Source of the DNA: Eledone cirrhosa
Lineage: Eukaryota
Reading direction: 5' to 3'
NCBI GenBank assembly: GCA_964016885.1
Contig: OZ024747.1
Span: 82,274,001-82,338,000 of the forward strand
DNA length: 64,000 bases
Shown here: one piece after another, positions 60,241 through 64,000 of the stretch
Layout of the letters: the number at the start of each line of letters is the position of its first letter
Position numbering within the stretch: position 1 is the first letter of the stretch
Notes under the pieces: model-generated
What the model was told of the DNA's origin: nothing
The model's input: only the letters and a program-made list of their open reading frames with translations
Database searches by the model: none
Position numbers and translations under genes: made by a program

Positions 60241-60305
<65 letters not shown>
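60061..60305. repeat. (CTA)n-(TAG)n-(CTA)n trinucleotide tract
   Basis: Directly visible. Confidence 0.95.
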
Positions 60306-60880
60306 AGAAGTAGAGGAGGAAGAAGAAACTAATTGGATTGTGCCGAGAAATCGCCAAGCATTGATATGTACGAAGGTTTTTATGGGAGTTCTGATGGAAC
60401 TAGGTTATTTTTGTCGCTTACCATATCTTTAGAGCATTATTGCTAGACCTTAAATGCTATTATATGCTTGCAAGAAAGTTGATCTGAGATAGTCCAGTCT
60501 ATGGCAGTAACCATATCGATCGACCATCCAGTTCTCTTTCTCTTGAGTCTCGATCATATTTGTATTGTGATGTGTGTCTTGGTACATATTTGACCTAGTA
60601 ACTTGTAATAAATACATCTTCAGGTTTTTTAATAGTTTAAAAGGATCAAGGATCAAGCACGTATCAGCAACTATTTTAATAGTTTGTCTACTAATTGTAC
60701 AGCTAAGCTCAGTTAATCGAAATTTTTCAACTCGCTGTATATTACATATGTCAGGCTCTACCGCGTTCGTTCTATATTCTGACAGTTAAGATTGTGTGTT
60801 ATTGCATCTCTGCTATCATGGCCTTGACGGTTTTCTTGGAGTAGGTCAAATGCCCTAAGTTTCAGGCAGACAGACAGGCT

Positions 60881-60927
<47 letters not shown>

Positions 60928-61000
60928 GACACACACAGACACACACACACACAGACACACACACACACACACAGACACAGACACAGACACAGACACACAA

Positions 61001-61121
<121 letters not shown>

Positions 61122-61643
61122 GAGTCACTCTCACACACACACCTTTTTATTTCAAGTGGATATATAGATATTGGATTCTGTAGATCAGCTGTCGAGCCGT
61201 ATAGGAATATTTTTCTTATCATTCATCTCCTATACATATAGACATATAGGCACTATAACACAACATCCAATAAGACGAGCGAATGACCGAACCATTATAT
61301 ATTAAAGTTGGATCTGGAAATGGTGGTGCTGGTGTCTACACTCTCTTTCCCCTCTTCCTACTTCCACTCTTCTCTGACTACTCCTCAGTATGTCTATTAT
61401 TCCAACACGTCTCCATCTGTTGCAGTCTAATCCCATTAATTCCTAAGTTGGACTGATGTCACTCATCTTTAATTTGCAGCCTGTAAATAGTTTCCACATA
61501 CACACACACACCCAGACACATTCATATATGCATATATATATATATAGTGATAATAAATACAAAGACCAAAATCCAAAGAGGACTCGATAAGTGTTGTATA
61601 TATAAACTTGTAAAGCAAATATTTATTATTAGTTCAGATTAAA

Positions 61644-61694
61644 AGTTTAAGCAAAAAACTTCTGCTTTCCCCCTAAGCGGGGTCACCTGAAATT
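61644..61694 (-). ncRNA. Diverged U4A-family hammerhead-like motif
   Basis: AATTT-CAGGTGA-CCCCgcttaGGGG-GAAA-GCAG...TTGC-TT-AAACT. Confidence 0.45.
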
Positions 61695-61699
61695 CATAT

Positions 61700-62183
<484 letters not shown>

Positions 62184-62659
62184 AGAAGTTTATGAAACGG
62201 AAATGCGGGTATAAAGAATTTATTAGGTAACAATTGTTTCTATAGTGTATGAAAATATTTTATACACTAGATAAAAGAGAAAGAAGGAGGTAGGAAGAGA
62301 AGGGGAAGAGGGAAGTGAGTAAGGGGGAGGGAGTCCTAGGATTTAAGACTGTCAGACTAGTAGAGATTGTAAGGAGAGAATGTTTTGGCAGCAGTTAGCT
62401 TAATGAGGCGTGTTAGGGTTGGCGGGGGAAGTAAATTCTTCTAGTGGTGTTGTTTGGACAAAATTTAATTAAAGGGGTCAAAGTGGTACAGAGTTACAGA
62501 CAAGTTATTATTATAGTAGCAGGTTATTTCTAAAGGGGTCCAGAAAACAGTGTTTAGTACTATTATTATAGAAAGCCATATCTTGTGTATAAACATATAA
62601 AACAGAAATTTGCAAACGGTGGTGTAAAAAGGTAACATTACATGCATTTAAAAAAAGAA

Positions 62660-63838
62660 AAAGTCGTTTTCAAACGATGGTTACAGTACAGTTAACGTTC
62701 AATTTTGGTGTTCAAAAGTTTGTTTACCGACGTTAAAATGCAGTATATCTCCATATTGCATAATTTACAGAATCGATGATTTTGCTAATATGCAGGCGCA
62801 GCTGCAATAATTTGCCAATCAAGGGAGAATGCTTGATTGTTCCTCCGGAGCTGCCAGGCTTTATCGGCGAGGGTTGTTACGGAGCGCATTTTCTCGTGCC
62901 TGATCGAAGATCGATGTTGGTATAGGCGAGCTTTGAAAGAAGTTGCGGTACATCCGACGTAATACCATTTGTTGGTTCCGGAATTTATTGTACATCGGTA
63001 GACAATATTGCGTGCTAGGCACTGGTTATTCAGTGGGCACGTACCTGGTTTGGTGCAGTTACAATTATTTTTATGTTTTGCAGTAGTATCCTGGATAGTT
63101 TGGTGGGGTTGTAGTTGCGTGTTAGTGCATTGTATGTTGCTATGCTGGTGCGCTGAGTCATTAGGGATGTACTTATTTAGTATTGCTGAGTTGAGTTTTT
63201 TAATTAATTGTTCTATGTTAGGTGCAGTGGAGTATGAGAGTCTAATGGTGCGCGAGTTAAAGATTTTATAGTATTTATGTGAAGTTGTAAAGTGTTTATT
63301 GATTAGTGTATAGAATTGTGAGATAATCTTAGTGCTAATAGAAATATTGTACACGGGGTTACAATATGTACTCTCTACGTCTGACTCTATTTGCTGGTTT
63401 GCACCTATTAGTATGCCTATTGATGTGTGTGTGTGGTGCAATATTAGTTCGACTTAGATGTGTTTTATTCATAGTACTTATGTGGTTATCGTCTAGATAT
63501 TCTATTTTCTCGCAGTAACCAGCTTTTCTAAGTGCGTCATTATAATATTCAGCATGCTCGTTGAAGGTCTGCAAATTAGACGACAGTCGGGAGATCCTTA
63601 TGGATATATTTTTAGGGATAGATTTAATAATGGAATGGGGATGGTTCGATTTTTCATTAACGTACTTGAGATTTTCATTAAGTTTGTGAAATGGCTCTAT
63701 ATTACCGTTATTAAGGTTGAAGGTAACATCCAAGAAGTTGACCACCTTAAGATTGTGTTCGAAGGTAATATTAAGCCCTAGTTCTAAGAAAAGTTTCCTA
63801 ATGTTTTTACGTCGCCTTTCTAGGTTTTGTTTGTTCAA
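62660..63838 (-). pseudogene. Penelope-like element ORF remnant: RT C-terminus/thumb + Cys linker + GIY-YIG endonuclease
   Basis: VNFLDVTFNL, YVNEKSNHPHSIIK, RLSYS, CNCTKPGTCPLNNQC, NIVY...YVGCT..SFKARLYQH; after a TAG the frame continues CKLCNME...LLN...CNHR; frameshift near 63430. Confidence 0.88.
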
Positions 63839-64000
63839 TATATATATAAATTTTGTTTGTTCAATATATATATATATTTATATATATATAATTCAAATTT
63901 ATAGATATATGTATATATATATATATGTAGAGCGAAAGAACCATCATGTATCTTGTGAGAACACACAGTATTTTGTACACATACAAATCACTTATATCTA

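Noticed and set aside
60450-60800. Possible LINE endonuclease remnant on the minus strand
   Set aside because: Only vague similarity; no diagnostic motif retained.
62660-62790. Possible selenocysteine readthrough in the PLE ORF, as reported for some Naiads
   Set aside because: The in-frame stops are TAG and TAA, not TGA, and I could not identify a SECIS element.

Overview
AT-rich, microsatellite-saturated eukaryotic DNA. The SINE families and extreme (TA)n/(CA)n/(GA)n/(GATA)n density suggest a cephalopod, probably Octopus (inference, not verified). No host protein-coding exon is recognisable, and nearly all listed ORFs are microsatellite artefacts. Supported content: about 20 copies of one tRNA-derived SINE and several copies of a second; two 5'-truncated Tx1/L1-clade LINEs embedded in (GATA)n; two CRE-like RLE fragments; RTE and CR1-like fragments; a decayed Penelope-like element (RT + CxCx5Cx5C + GIY-YIG); an 18-bp minisatellite; and a 1.8-1.9 kb SINE-bounded tandem duplication. 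The main hidden signal is RNA. The short unique-looking islands between (TA)n tracts repeatedly carry minimal type I hammerhead ribozymes from at least 8 apparently unrelated sequence families, often in fold-back inverted arrangements. One sits in a 429-nt tandem unit that looks like a retrozyme or Penelope pseudo-LTR (29.7-30.7 kb). Several have non-canonical catalytic cores: a compensatory U3-A8 pair, U4A fixed across a family, and U4C. All folds were read by eye and need Infernal searches and cleavage assays.
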